DNA from: Prorocentrum cordatum
Lineage: Eukaryota
Direction of reading: 5' to 3'
Assembly: GCA_963575745.1 (NCBI GenBank)
Contig: CAUYUJ010000114.1
Coordinates: 744,001-808,000, forward strand
DNA length: 64,000 bases
In this document: positions 12,986 through 25,837 of the stretch, piece by piece
Layout: each line of letters starts with the position of its first letter
How positions within the stretch are numbered: the stretch's first letter is position 1
Notes under the pieces: model-generated
The model's database searches: none
What the model was told of the DNA's origin: nothing
What the model saw: only the letters and a program-made list of their open reading frames with translations
Made by a program: the position numbers and the translations under genes

Positions 12986-14566
12986 TCAGTGCTCTGCAGC
13001 AAGGTTGTCACGAAGGGCGTCCTCGTGAAGGTATTGCATGAACCATTTCACAAGACTATGCTCGGCAAACTTTACTCGAGATGTGAAAAGCGTTCGCTTG
13101 CGAGCACCGAAGTTCTCGGATTCGTCGCGGTAGTTGTGGCTCCACCCTGGATTTCCAGAAAATCTGGCTTGTTCCGTGATGTGTTTGCCAAACACATGGA
13201 ACTTCATCGGGACCGAACGGCCCAACGCAATCCATGCATGCATCTCCGTATCCACGGTGTGCTGCAAATGCATCAGAGACAGCTCGCTCATCTTGCGAGG
13301 TTCACCTTTCAAGATATCAAAATATTGCATCAGGCCGTCGCCGACAGTAAGCAACAAGGTACCCGTGTTCGCCACAGGGTCAAGGCGGTCTAAAAGATCG
13401 CGTCCGCCTTTGCGCAAGATGTGGGCAAGATATGGCAAGATCGCTCTGGTCTTACCAGCTTTGAGCTTTAGCAGGGGCGAGTCCTTATCGCCACACATCC
13501 CTAATGAGAGGCCAACCAAACGCGATCCCCTCGGAATGTTGTTGCTCGAGTACCACTGCATCAACGAATCATTGATGCTAACGTCCACTTCGGAAGTGTC
13601 GTTCTCAGAATAAGGGCCGAAAAACAAAGCCCGAACGAGAAGCCACATGACTAAGCCTCCAAAGTATTGCAATATGCCCAGATCTGCAAAGTGCATAGAG
13701 TCAAACAAAAAATGTTCGAGCTTGAGGCCGGGTACCCCAGCCTGGATCCCAGGAACACAAATCAAACGGTTTATGAACAACAGAGAGTTCTTAGCACGGC
13801 GATAAATAAGCATTTTGCGCGAGGAGCGTCGGTATTCTTGGCAACTCTCGCCGTGCCACACATCTGGCCGTCCCAACTGCGGTGCTTCGATTCTGTCGCC
13901 TCGCTTGATATTTGGAAACTCTGTCCTCATCATACGCTGGACGATTACACCTGCTTTTGAGTACCGTGGCTTACAATTGCTCTTCAAAACTCCTGCGGTT
14001 GCATCCGTAACGTCGTGCAGAGAAAGGGACGTAGATGCTGTGTCAACCAACCATTGATGGGATCGCTTCCGCGATGGCGCGGCTAAATTGGAAAACTCGT
14101 CCCACTTAGCAAAGCAACGTAGGCAACCAAAGTTACTTCGGTAATCTGGCAATCCAAACGTCTTTGCCATCTCATCCAAATCAGCCGCGACCTCGACGAG
14201 AGCAGCTTTGCAAGTCCCCATCTTTGATGGGAACATTGGCTTACCAGCTACAGCACGTCGCCACGACTGCTCAGGCCAGGGCTTCCCCGACGCATCCACG
14301 GATGGCCAAATGCCAGTAGCAGCCACGCGAAAATCATACGCGATCTTCTCAAGGATACACTGAATCGTGTGCGTCCCTCTGCACCCGCAACGGCACATCA
14401 TTCGGTAATGATATTGGCCAACCAAAATGCGGCGGTCTTGGTGCAAGTTTGAAACAAAAACCCGCCTCCCCGCAATGCGAGGACCCCACGGCCAAGACGC
14501 TTCTTCACGTAGGTGTTTTATGAGCAGGGTGGGAGCGCGTAGGTTGGGGGAACGAACGTCCGCAAC
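12986..14566 (-). CDS. DDE transposase (CMC/CACTA-Mirage-Chapaev/Plavaka-like), C-terminal catalytic part
   Basis: Uninterrupted high-complexity ORF of more than 500 aa with CRCGCRG, G-WP, VEVAADLDE (2nd D), CLRC, DSMHFADLG, KFHxxxxH, GNP...YRDESEN (E); candidate phase-0 acceptor tgtttcaAG|G at 14567/14566. Confidence 0.75.
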   Translation of the reverse strand, partial: VADVRSPNLRAPTLLIKHLREEASWPWGPRIAGRRVFVSNLHQDRRILVGQYHYRMMCRCGCRGTHTIQCILEKIAYDFRVAATGIWPSVDASGKPWPEQSWRRAVAGKPMFPSKMGTCKAALVEVAADLDEMAKTFGLPDYRSNFGCLRCFAKWDEFSNLAAPSRKRSHQWLVDTASTSLSLHDVTDATAGVLKSNCKPRYSKAGVIVQRMMRTEFPNIKRGDRIEAPQLGRPDVWHGESCQEYRRSSRKMLIYRRAKNSLLFINRLICVPGIQAGVPGLKLEHFLFDSMHFADLGILQYFGGLVMWLLVRALFFGPYSENDTSEVDVSINDSLMQWYSSNNIPRGSRLVGLSLGMCGDKDSPLLKLKAGKTRAILPYLAHILRKGGRDLLDRLDPVANTGTLLLTVGDGLMQYFDILKGEPRKMSELSLMHLQHTVDTEMHAWIALGRSVPMKFHVFGKHITEQARFSGNPGWSHNYRDESENFGARKRTLFTSRVKFAEHSLVKWFMQYLHEDALRDNLAAEH

Positions 14567-15704
14567 CTTGAAACATAAGACAGGCCCCACCACCACCGAA
14601 GCGGTGTATATACACATATATCAATGGACATATGTGTACATATGTACATAAGCACAAGTGTACACACACATATATATATAGGGCGTAGCTGCGCACGCAG
14701 TCTCGCGTTCAGCCAGCATGGGCCGTGTCTTCATGGTCCTCTTCCTCGTCGTCCTCCTTATCCATCTCCTTCCCCTCCTCCCTCCACTCGACCTCCTCGT
14801 CCTCGTCCGTGTCCACCTCGTCCTTCTCCTCCTCGCTATACTATCGTCCTCGTCTTCGTCCTCGGCCTCGTCCTTGCCGTCGTCCTCCTCCTCCTCCTCC
14901 TCCTCCTCCTCCTCCTCCTCCTCCTCCTCCTCCCCCTCCTCATCCTCATACTCTTCCTCCTCCTCCTCCCCCTCCTCCCCCTCTGCGCCATAGGTTGCGC
15001 CCCTGGCCGCCGATAATAGAACGGCCCCGCACCGGTTGCGCCATAGGTTGTGCCTCGGCCGCCGAGAACGGTAAAACGTAATCCGAGTGGTTGCGCCGTA
15101 AGTGGTGCCCTCGGCCGCCGAGAACAAAACGTCCTCCTATTGGTTGCGCGCGAACACGATGCATTTTGCATGCATCCTATGCACATGCCAACAATGGTGC
15201 GACGAAAGCCCAATGAAAAACACAAAACATGCAACAACAATTCGCTGGTTCCAAAAGGCGATCATGTCAACGTGGAAAATTTTATTCATATGTCCACAAC
15301 TTTAATACGCACGCAGATGTCCACAACGTCAAGACGAAAGCCCACTGCACAACAAACAACAACGACAACATTGGAATATGGAAAACGCATACAAAATGCA
15401 TCGCGCGCGTGCGGGTCGGGCGTCGGCGGGTCGGTTGTCGGCGGTCGGTGCGTCGGCGGGTCAGCGTTGACGGTCGGCGGGTCGGTTGTCCGCGGCGGGT
15501 CAGTTGTCGGCGATATTCGACATTTGTATGAGCGCCTCTTGGGGCCAGAAAATGAAATCTGACATTTGGTTTTCACCATCGGTTTTTCAAGTTAGCATCG
15601 TGGACATGTGTGTACAATGTCTACATCGCGCGGGCGCGCGCGCGCGACCAGCCGACCGCCGCGCGCGCGCGACCCGTCGACCGCCGCGCGCGCGGCGGTT
15701 GGTG

Positions 15705-16800
15705 GGTCCCCCTTCGGGAATATATGGTTCCCTTTCGGGAATATATAGGTTCCCCTTGCTGTAATCTTTTATATTTCCTGAGAGAATAGATGGTGCCCTT
15801 CGGGAATGAATGGGTTCCCCTTCGGGGAACTATGGGTTCCCCTGCGGGAATATATGGTTCCCCTTCGGGACTCGATGGGTTCCCCTGCGAGAATATATGG
15901 GTTCCCCTGCGGGAATATGTGGGTTCCCCTTCGGGAATCTATGGGTTCCCTTGCTGGAATCCATTGATTCCCCTGCGGGGGTCGATTGGTCAACCTTCGG
16001 GAACCGATGGGTCTCTCTTCCGAGATCAATGGGCTCCCCTGCTGGAATCTATGGGCTTCCCTGCGGGAATATATAGGATCCCCTGCGGGGAATTATGGGT
16101 TCCCCTTCGGGCATCTATGGGTTCCCCTGCTGGAGCATCGGTTTCCGTAGAGAATAGATGGTTCCCTTAGTGAATAGATAGGCCCCCCCTGCGGTAATTC
16201 CTATTTTCTGTGTGAATATATGGTTCCCTTCGGGAATCTATGGGTTCCCCTGCGGGAATCTATTGGTTCCCCTTCGGGGCTCCATCGTTTCCCCTGCTGG
16301 AATATATGGGTTCCCCTTCGGGAATATATGGGTTCCCTTTCGGGAAGCTGCGTGTTCCCTTTCGGGAACTTATGGGTTCCCCTGCGGGAATATATGGGTT
16401 CCCTTTGCGGGAATCCATGGATTCCCCCGCGGGAAGCTACAGGTTCCTCTTTGGGAACCCACGCGTTCCCTTTCGGGAATATATGTAATCCCCTGCGGGA
16501 ATCTATGGCTTCCCCTGCGGGAATCTATGGGTCTTCTTGTCGGAATGCATAGGCTCCCCTGCGGGAGCCTATATTTCCTTAGAGAATAGATGGCTCCATT
16601 CGGGAATATGTGGGTTCCCATGTTGGAATCGATGGGTGCCACTTCGGGAATTTCCTCTTCTGGAACATGTTGGTTCCCCTGCTGTAATATATGGGCCCAC
16701 CTTTTCGGGAATCTATGCGTTCCCCTTGTTGGGATCTATAGTCCCTTAGAGAATAGATGGTTCCCTTCGGGGATCACGGAGCTCCCCTTTCGGAAACCCA
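15705..16800 (+). repeat. ~22-bp minisatellite (gggttcccctgcgggaatatat); inverted block of the same unit at 19910-20060
   Basis: Direct reading on both strands. Confidence 0.92.
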
Positions 16801-19330
16801 TTGGGCCCACTCGGCCTTCATATGGTCGCCGCTTGGGGCTAGATAACGAAATGTTACATTGGGTTTTGACAATTGAGTTTCGGGTGGCCCACCACCCTCC
16901 CGCGCTATATATAAAATCAAGATAGACGCATCGCGCGCGCTCGATGCACTTCGTATGCGCTTGTGTATATGCGACCTTTCTATGAGCGCCTCTTGGGCAC
17001 AAAATGAAATTTTGCATCTGGTTTCCACCATCGGCTTTCCCATTTAACTTCAAAATGGATGGCGGGAAACACATGTACTGTTCACCCTCTGTACCCAAGA
17101 AGCGCTCATATGAAGGTCGAAGATATGCAAGCGTTCACGAAAGGCATCGCGCGCGCGGCCCCTTGACCGCCGTTTGCGCGCGGCGGTCGGCGGGTTCCCC
17201 TTCGGGAATATACGGGTTCCCCTGCGGGTATCCATGGGTTCCCCTGCTGGAATTTATATTTCCTTAGAGGTTTTATGTCGGGAGTCGATGGGTTCATCGT
17301 TTGGGAACCTGTATAAGCCATTCGGCCTTCATACGGTCGCCTCTTGACACCAGACAATGAAAGTTGTCATTCGGTTTTGGCAATTGGGTTTCGGGTGTCC
17401 CACCCCGCCGCGTTGTATACAACCAAAACAGACGCATCGCGAGCGCGCGATGCTTTCGGTAAGCCTGTCCATAGGTTCGACCTTCATAGGATCGCCTCTT
17501 CGGCCCAGCTAATGAAATTTTACATTGGGTGTTGACAGTCAGTTTTTCAAGTTAACGCAGTGAACATGTATCAAAAGCACACATGCGCTTCGCGCGCGGG
17601 CGACCCGCCGACCGCCGCGCGCGCGCGGCGGTCGGCGGGCCGCGCGCGCGCGATGCATGTCGCACGCGTTTGCATACATTCGGCGTTTCAGATGTTCGCC
17701 TCTTGGGACCAGATTATGAAATTTTGCAATGGGTTTTGGCCGTTGAGTTTCGGCTGACCCGCCTCGCGCGCGCGCGCGACCCGCCGACCGCCGCGCGCGC
17801 GGTGCGTGTCGCATGCGTTTTCATAAATTCGACCTTCCTACAAGCGCCTTTTCGGCCCAGAGAATGAAATTTTACATTGGGTTTTGGCCATCGGTTTTTC
17901 AAAGTTAACATCGTGGGGACGTGTGCACCACGCATGCACACGCATCGCGCGCGCGACCCGCCGACCGCCAGCACGCGCGCTCACGCTGGCGGTCGGCGGG
18001 TCACGCGCGCGATGCGTTTCGCACGCGGTTGCGTAGATGTGACCTTCATATGAGCGCTGCTGGAAACCAGAGAATGTGGGTTTCCAGCATCGGTTTTTCA
18101 GGCATCGTGGACTTGCGTGTCAAAACGTATACACGCGCATCGCGCGCGCGACCCGCCGCCCGCCAGCGCGCGCGCGGCTGCACGGCGCGCGCTGGCCAAC
18201 GTTGCGGGCGACGCATGGTTTTCAGCAGATGTGGAAGCGGGCGGCACGCACGCCCGAATGTTCTTCCGCTTGGTCGACAAAGTGCGGGCCAAGCGTGGGC
18301 AGCGGGCCGCCCAGGTGGATGGGTCGCGCGCGCGCGCGCCCGCCGTGCGTGCGCTGTGAGTTCTGTATTGCCCACAACCAGACGGTCGCCTTTCAAGTCC
18401 AAAAACTGAATTGAACTTTTCTGTGGCGCTTTAAGGAGGCCGACGAACGCGCCGACATTCTTAACGTGGACAATACAGACCACGCGCGCGCGCGGCGCGC
18501 GCGCCGACGTGTGCATGCGCGGAATCCTGTATTGTCCACACTTAGAAGGTCGCCTTGTCATTCCAGAAACTGAATTGAACTTTTCTGTGGTGCTTTAAGG
18601 AGGCCGACTGGCGCGCCTACATTCTTAATGTGGACAATACAGACCACGCGCGCGCGGCGCGCGCGCCCACTTGTGTATGCGCGGAATCCTGTATTGTCCA
18701 CAAGTTGAAGTTTGCCTTGTAATTCCAGAAACTGAATTGAACTTTTCTGTGGAGCTTTAAGGAGGCCGATTGACGCGCCGACCTTTCTACTGTGGGCAAT
18801 ACAGAACTCACCGCGCGCGCGCGGTGCGCGCGTGCGCCCGCCTGTGTATGCGCGGGCAGCCCTGTAGTGCCCGCAATCAGAAGGTCGCCGTGTAATTCCA
18901 CAAACTGAATTGAACTTTTCTGTGGAGCTTTAAGGAGGCCGACTGACGCGCCGACATTTCTACTGTAGACAATGCAAAACTCACAACGCGCGCGCGCGGC
19001 GCGCGTGCGCCTACCTGTGTATGAGCGGGCAGTTCGGTACTGTCGACAACAAGGGGATCGTCTTATAGAGCTTTCAGGGGGCCGACGAACGCGCCGACGT
19101 TTCTATTGTGGCAAACGCGTGCAGAACTCACCACGCGCGCACCCGCCCGTGTATGCGTGGGGAGTTCTGTATTGTCCACAACCAGAAGGTCGCCTTGTAA
19201 TTCCAAAAACTGATTTGAACTTTTCTGTGGAGCTTTAAGGGGGCCGACGGACGCGCCGACGTGTCTATTGGGGCCAATACAGAATTTACCACGCGCGCAC
19301 GGCGCGCGCGCGCCCGCCTGTGTATGAGCG
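16800..19330. repeat. Complex satellites with (GC)n self-complementary cores, then ~170-185-bp units (aaactgaattgaacttttctgtgg)
   Basis: aatgaaattttacattgggttttg-like units at 16850-18100; aaactgaattgaacttttc near 18402, 18567, 18729, 18902, 19207. Confidence 0.88.
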
Positions 19331-20907
19331 GGGGTTGTGTATTGGAGCCGTTGGGCTCAGTCTGTGCATATGTAGGTATGTGGTTACGGGCAGGTTGACA
19401 GGGTGGCGGCGCGAGTGCGAGGAGCGTCGCATGTTCTTAAGAAAGGCATTGACACCGCTGGGCTCAGCCTGTGCGGCTGTAGGTGTCTGGCAACGTGCGG
19501 GTTGACATGATGGCGGCGCGAGTGCGAACACCTTCGCATTTGAGAGAGGTGTTGGTGCCGCTGGGCTGTACAAGGTTTGCGGATACGTACGGGTTAACAA
19601 GATGGCGGCACGAGTGCGAGCACCCTCGCATGTTCTTCAGAAAAGCATGCGAACCGCTAGGAACAGTCTGCGCGTCTGTTGGTTCATGGCGTCGGGTTGG
19701 TTGTGTGGCTACGAGCGGAGTTTTTCGATGACCATTGGGGCTTCGCTACGTTATGGCCCCCTCTTGGGGCCAGATAGTTAAGGTCGGGTGGTTCTTCTGA
19801 AAAAGGGCCCACCCGTGTTCTTATGATTTTGGTGCTTTTCCCGAGCGGAAGGGCTAGCGTTCGTGATGCATTTTTTTTTTTTTCTTTTTTCTTCTGCCTT
19901 TGCTCGCACAGTAGATTCCCGCAGGGGGGGGCGCATACATTCCCGAAGGGGAACACATAGGGCCCCGAAGGGGAACCCATCGATTCCCGACGGGGAACCC
20001 ATAGATTCCCGCAGGGGAGCGGATAGATTCCCGCAGGGGAACCCATAGGTTTCCGAAATGGATCCGCCCCCCACCCCACCCCACCCTCCTCCTCATCGTC
20101 CTTCGTCCTCCTCCTCCTCCTCCCCCTCCCCCTCCTCCTCCTCCTCCTCCTCCTCCTCCTCCTCCTCCTCCTCCTCCTCCTCCTCCTCCTCCTCCTCCTC
20201 GTCCTTCCTCCTCCTCCTCCACTCCTCCTCCTCCTCCTCCTCCTCCTCCTCCTCCTCCTCCTCCTCCTCCTCCTCCTCCTCTTCCCCCTTTAGGAGCACA
20301 TTGCGAAACATGTGCACTACATGCCACACACTACGCACATGTAGTTTAAACTAACGAGAGCCATATTTATCGTTTAACCAGCAAGCTGTGCGAAACATTG
20401 ACAAACTATAGCTTATAGTACGAAACGTGTGCATTTCACTTGGACGGTTGTCATACTTGCTGAAACCCAGGTGTGCGTTTGTGTAATGCACGGGAACAGT
20501 GGACAACATGATACATCGTGTGTTTTTTGTTGAAAACACGTTAGAACATGAAACTTACCGCAACAACGCCTACATGTCTCTTGAATTGTAGACTTCCTGC
20601 TGCAATTGTGCCCCTACCCTCTTGGGCCATCTTGGGGCCATATCCTCCTGAGACCCTACCCTCTTGGGCCCTCTTGGGCGTTCTTGCCCCCCCCCTCGCC
20701 CCTGGCCCCTCGTGGGACCCTTCTGGGCACTTTTGGGGCCCTCCTGGGCTCTCTTGGCACACTGTTGGGCCTTCCAGGGCATTTTTGGGACCCCCTTGGG
20801 TCATCTTGGGGCCGTCCTGGGCCATCATGGGACCCTCCTGGGCCCTCTGGGTCCTTTGCTCGGGTCGGCGGAGGGAGGCGAAGCCGCTGTCTGTTCAGCG
20901 TGCTCGC

Positions 20908-21519
20908 CTGTCCATCCAGCCTTGCGTAGTCCACGAACAAACGCATGGGCATGACCAAATCTGGCGTGCTACCCTTGACCACGTCGTGGTCGAAAAAATT
21001 GTCGCATAGAAGGTCGGGTTGCTCCCTGTGGCGAAAGAGCAGCGCTTCATCGCGCGCAAACGTCAAAGCGACAACTTCGTAGAATGGAACAGTAGCCACC
21101 GCCTGCCTGTCCGCCAGGCGGCCACGCCGTGTATTTACAGGCATCACCGTGTGGTGGAGGCAATGGCGGCGCACGTCGCCCCCGCCTAAGCACTTGCACA
21201 CGACGGCAGCAGCGTTCTTGTCATACTTGATCTCCCGCGCAAGGTCATCCACGCCAGCCCCCTTGGAGCGCTTAATCAGCATGCACAGCTTCACCAGCTT
21301 CGCCGCCGAGAGCTCACCTCCGAAGAACAAGCCAAGGAGACTGTCGCGGAGCAGCTGCGGGTAGTCAGGGCCAGCAGGGCCGCGAGACGCATCGACCTTC
21401 GCAGCTCGGCGAAGCTCAGAACGGATGGAGCCACATGGCCCCGCCTGCGAGCGCAGGCGCTCGTGGGCGCTCTTCCTGAACTGCTTGAGCGAGTGCGTCG
21501 CAAGCGAACCCTTCGCCAT
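20908..21519 (-). CDS. Probable N-terminal exon of the same transposase (204 codons)
   Basis: ATG at 21519 (MAKGSLATH...); ends MPMRLFVDYARLDGQ, matching the P-x-x-L-F-x-D first-aspartate strand; strong CAG|GCGAG donor at 20908/20907. Confidence 0.62.
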
Positions 21520-22744
21520 GACTGCACTGCACCGAGGACCAAGTCGATGGACCGCTGGGTCGATCAACTGCTTGAGCACAGCTACGAATTTGAGCAAAGT
21601 GCGAGAAAGGCTGCACTGTAATCCCATGTCGGCACGCCAATCAACCAGCCAACAGCCTACGACGCTTAATATTGCCAATCAACAACAACCAACCAACCAA
21701 CAGCCAAACAACCGCCAACGTTCCACCGCCGATTAAGACTGCCAATCAACCAACCAACCGCAAACCACTCAGCCAACCAACCATAATCATTGCCACGGCT
21801 AGGGCAGGGCCACCAAGCAGTCATTCAGCTTGCCAGCCAACCACTTGCCAACCAGCCAATTGCCAACCGCGGCTGCTCACTGTGCATGGCTTCCCTGGGG
21901 CCCCATCGAGGGTCTTTTTGGGGGAGGGCTGTGTTAACGGGCCTTTGGTGTGTCTGTTGAGGGATTCTTGGTGGCCCCTTGGAGGCCTCCTGCCAACCAG
22001 CCAACTGCCAACCACCTGCCAACCAGCCAACTGCCACGGGCCAGGGGCCACGGTTGGGGTCACGGCGGCAGGCGCCAGCCCAACTTGTTTTTTTCTCGGT
22101 CGTGGAACTCGCAGGAGGTCGCTGCGCTGGAGTCGCTCCCTGCGTCAGTCGCAGTCGCTGGAGCTGTCGCCCTCGCCGTCGTGGAGGTCGCCTCACTGCG
22201 TCAGTCGCCGTCGCTGGAGCTGTCGCCCTCGTGGAGGTCGCCTCACTGCGTCAGTTGCTGTCGCTGGAGCTGTCGTAGTCGCTGCTCCCCGATGATGACG
22301 AAGCCTCCTCGGCAGGATGAGGAGGGAGGAGGAAGGAGGGAGGCGGGAGGGAGGGAGGAGGAGGAGGAGGATAAGGAGGATCAGGAGAGAGGAGGAGGAG
22401 GAGGAGGAGGAGGAGGAGGAGGAGGAGGAGGAGGGAGGAGGAGGAGCTCCGAGGAGGAGGAGGAGGAGGAGGAGGAGGAAGAGGGGGAGGAGGGGGAGGG
22501 GGAAGAGCAGGATGATGAGGAGGATGAGGATGAGGTTGGACGAGGAAGGAGGGGGAAGGAGGACGAAGAGGAGGACAACGATGAGAAAGCGGATCGATCG
22601 ATCGATCGATCGAGCGATCGAGCGATCGAGCCTCGTAGGAGGGGGAGGTGGGGGAGGAGAAGGAGGAGGGAGGATGAGGATGTAGGATGAGAAGGAGGAG
22701 GAGGGGGAGGCGGAGGAGGAGGAGAACGGTATGGAATGTGTGGT

Positions 22745-23995
22745 TCAAAGCGCCCTCGGATCTTTCGCGAGCTTAGGTGGCAGCTTGGGCTTCCCCTTCG
22801 GCTGCGACTTGGCTTTCACCTTCGCCTTGGCCTTCCCCTTCGCCTTGGGAACCCCGCCCTTCGGCGGCTGATCCTCGGACTCGTACTTCTCCTTCTTGTT
22901 CTTTTTCTTGTCCTTTTTCTTCGGCGGCGGATCCTCGGAGGTATCATTCTTGTCCTTTTTCTTGCCCTTCTTCTTCTTCTTCTTCGGCTGATCATCCTCG
23001 GAGTCATCCTTCTTGTGCTTTTTGCCCTTTTTCTTCGGCGGTGGATCCTCGGAGTGAAATCCCTTCTTATGATTGTGTTTTTTCTTCAGCTGCTGATGCT
23101 TTTTCTTGTCCTTTTTCTTCGGCGGCTGGTCCTCGGAGTCAGAATCCTTATGTTTCGTTTTCTTCTTCTTCTTCGGCGGCTGGTCCTCGGAGTCAGAATC
23201 CTTCTTTTTCTTTTTCTTGTTCTTTTTCTCTGGCGGCTCGTCCTCGGAGGAATCATTCTTCTTTGTGCGCTTCTTTCTGACAGGGCTGCTCTGCTCGGAG
23301 GTGGAGACTGCCTGCTTGGTCAGCGTATTCTCTTTCTTCCAGGCCTGCCACTCGGCCTCGGTGTACTCCTCATCCTCGGCGTAGTCCTCGTCGTACTCCT
23401 CTTCCTCACCCTCCTCGTCGTACGCGAGGTCCTCCTCCTCGTCCCCGCCGTTGGCGAGAGCCTTCGCCTTGTCACCTGCCTGCACGACGCCTGACTTCTC
23501 CATCACGCCCTCCTTTCTGGTCCCGTACGTTTCCAATTTCTTGGTGTGGTAGTACACGTGGCATTTCTGTCGCTGGTCGTACTTCACCAACCCGTTCTTT
23601 TTACAGAAGACCATGAAATTGGCTTTCGCCGTCTCGTTCTTCAGAACGTCAAGCAATTGCTGTTCGTTATGCCATTGTCCTTCCGTCTTCGACTCTTGCC
23701 ACATTGTTTTCCGAGCAATGAGTACTGTACCAGCGGCGCTGAAATCTTTGTCGCATTTGCTCCAGATCTCCCTCAGCTGCGCCTTCACAGTGTTGCAAAC
23801 CGTATTCTGATACTTGTCCAGAAACTCCTTGGCCTCGGGTGTCAGCTTTGTCATGTTCTTCTTCTTCTGAGCTTTGTCCATGTGCCTCCCGAACATCCTC
23901 TGGAGAGCCCTCTCGGCCTTGAGTGCACGTTGTGCCTTCGGGCCCCGCTTCTTCGACTGGGTCTCGACCAGGGTTCCCAAGGAGGAAGTCTCCAT
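22745..23995 (-). CDS. Hypothetical 416-aa nuclear-type protein: globular N-part, acidic tract, about 7 SEDQPPKKKKK repeats, KAK tail
   Basis: ATG-started open ORF with about 170 aa of complex sequence followed by coherent in-frame repeats; no family recognised. Confidence 0.65.
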   Translation of the reverse strand: METSSLGTLVETQSKKRGPKAQRALKAERALQRMFGRHMDKAQKKKNMTKLTPEAKEFLDKYQNTVCNTVKAQLREIWSKCDKDFSAAGTVLIARKTMWQESKTEGQWHNEQQLLDVLKNETAKANFMVFCKKNGLVKYDQRQKCHVYYHTKKLETYGTRKEGVMEKSGVVQAGDKAKALANGGDEEEDLAYDEEGEEEEYDEDYAEDEEYTEAEWQAWKKENTLTKQAVSTSEQSSPVRKKRTKKNDSSEDEPPEKKNKKKKKKDSDSEDQPPKKKKKTKHKDSDSEDQPPKKKDKKKHQQLKKKHNHKKGFHSEDPPPKKKGKKHKKDDSEDDQPKKKKKKGKKKDKNDTSEDPPPKKKDKKKNKKEKYESEDQPPKGGVPKAKGKAKAKVKAKSQPKGKPKLPPKLAKDPRAL

Positions 23996-25837
23996 TGCCA
24001 GCGATACAGAAGCGATGTGGTGCGAGGTTGTACACTGCTCACAGTAAAGGCACCCGATGCATCGCAGCTAGAGCCCAAACTCCACCTGAGGCCTACCTGG
24101 GGCCATTGGGGTCACCTTGAGGCCCTCGCGGGGTCATCTTGGCGCCCCTCAAGAACGCGCGAGTGGAACCCTCTTGGTATCGCCTTGGGGCCTATCGTTG
24201 GCCTCCTTGGGGCCCTCCTATTCGCTCTTGAGGCCACCCTGGGGCTCTACCCTAATGGGCCCTCTTGGGCCTTCCTGCTCCCCCCCCCCCAGGGCCCTCG
24301 TGGGACCCTTCTGGGCACTCTTGAGACCCTCATGAGCCCTCGTGGGACCTTGTTTGGCCATCTTGGGCGGTCTTGGGGCTCTCCTGGGCCATCTTGGGAC
24401 CCTCCTGAGCTCTCTTGGAACCCTCCTGTGCCATCTGGGTCCTTTGCTCGGGTCGGCGGAGGGGGCGGAGCCCTGCGGTGTGTTCCTTATTCCAGGTTGG
24501 CGGGTTGGGCGAAGCCCTAGATCTCCAGCTCGGCAAAAGAAGCAGCGAAGCTATCCTGATAGCTGGGGTGCCACGTGGCTTCCCACAAGGTGTGTATATA
24601 TGTGTGTATGCGTATGCATATGGATTCGTATGGGTATAATGCACACGCATGCGTACTTGTATATACATGTATGTCAATGTATATGTGTATGTATGTGTGT
24701 AAGCAAGCATTTATGTAAAAGGCATCTGTTTGTGTACATACACAAGTAACTGTATATCCTTATGTATGCGCAAATGTATAAATGTGTACATGATCGTGTA
24801 TATGTAGATGCACACGCAGACGCATATGTATACAGGTACAGGTGGTACTTAGAAGGGCATCGACACGTACATGTTTGGCCCGAAAATGCTCTTCCAGTGT
24901 AGGCCTCAAAAACCAGGCATGGACACCTGAAGCCTTCTTACGGGTGTCCCCCTTCTGGGTTCGATGTTGGTATATATATACATATATATATGTGTTTATG
25001 CATATATATATATATATGTATAAACATATATATATAATTATAGAGAGATGCGTCTGTATATACATAGGTATATGTATTTGCGCGTGTGTACGTGCATGTG
25101 TAGTGCATGTCTATGTGTGTATGCGTGTGCAGGTGTTTATGCGTGTACTTGTGTTTCGTGCATGGGCTGCACTTTAGACCTCTCTCGGGTCTCGTCTCTC
25201 GGAAGGCATCGACGTTTCTTGAAGAGGTCCAGCGGGCACCCAAAGCCATCCTCAGCAAATGCAAGCCCTACGAAGCAATCCTAAACTTTGCCCACAGACT
25301 GTCTAAGATTCCCTGAGCCTCAGCATGGCCTCCACCAGCCCGGCCCAGAGGGGGGGGGGCCACAGAACGGCAACACAACTGTGTCATAGAAGATAAGTAA
25401 GGAAATATGTTTAAACCTACACATGTAAAAGAAAACTAGCGAAAACGTTGCAGAACTCAAAGGAACAGCAGCTAACCCCGACGATTCTCGATAAACCCAT
25501 ACAAATGTTTACGCACCAAATTATTCATTAGCAGTTTCTTTGAATAAGCAAAAGATTCAAGAAGTTTTTTCAAGTTTCTGTGAGTTTGAAGATATTTTGT
25601 ATTGAATTGCGTCTACGTTTGGTTCTGGGGGTAGTAACATCACGCAACGTTCGACACAAAAAGCAAAGGTTTTTTGTGTTTTTCATCCGAAAAGCCGAGC
25701 GCATTCAAAGTTAGTCGTAGTTTACAAAAGAAAGTACATGTATTTCCTAGATAACCATGTTTGCGAATGGTTTTATGTTGCGGATCCATGCGTATTCAGA
25801 TGTCCGTGCATGTCTTTCGGTGTCGGCGTTTGTCGCT

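Noticed and set aside
12986..21519. The transposase as the mobiliser of the NDH-2 introners
   Set aside because: No shared TIRs were found near it, and the introner TSD lengths (about 5-9 bp) differ from the short TSDs typical of CACTA-type elements; unsupported.
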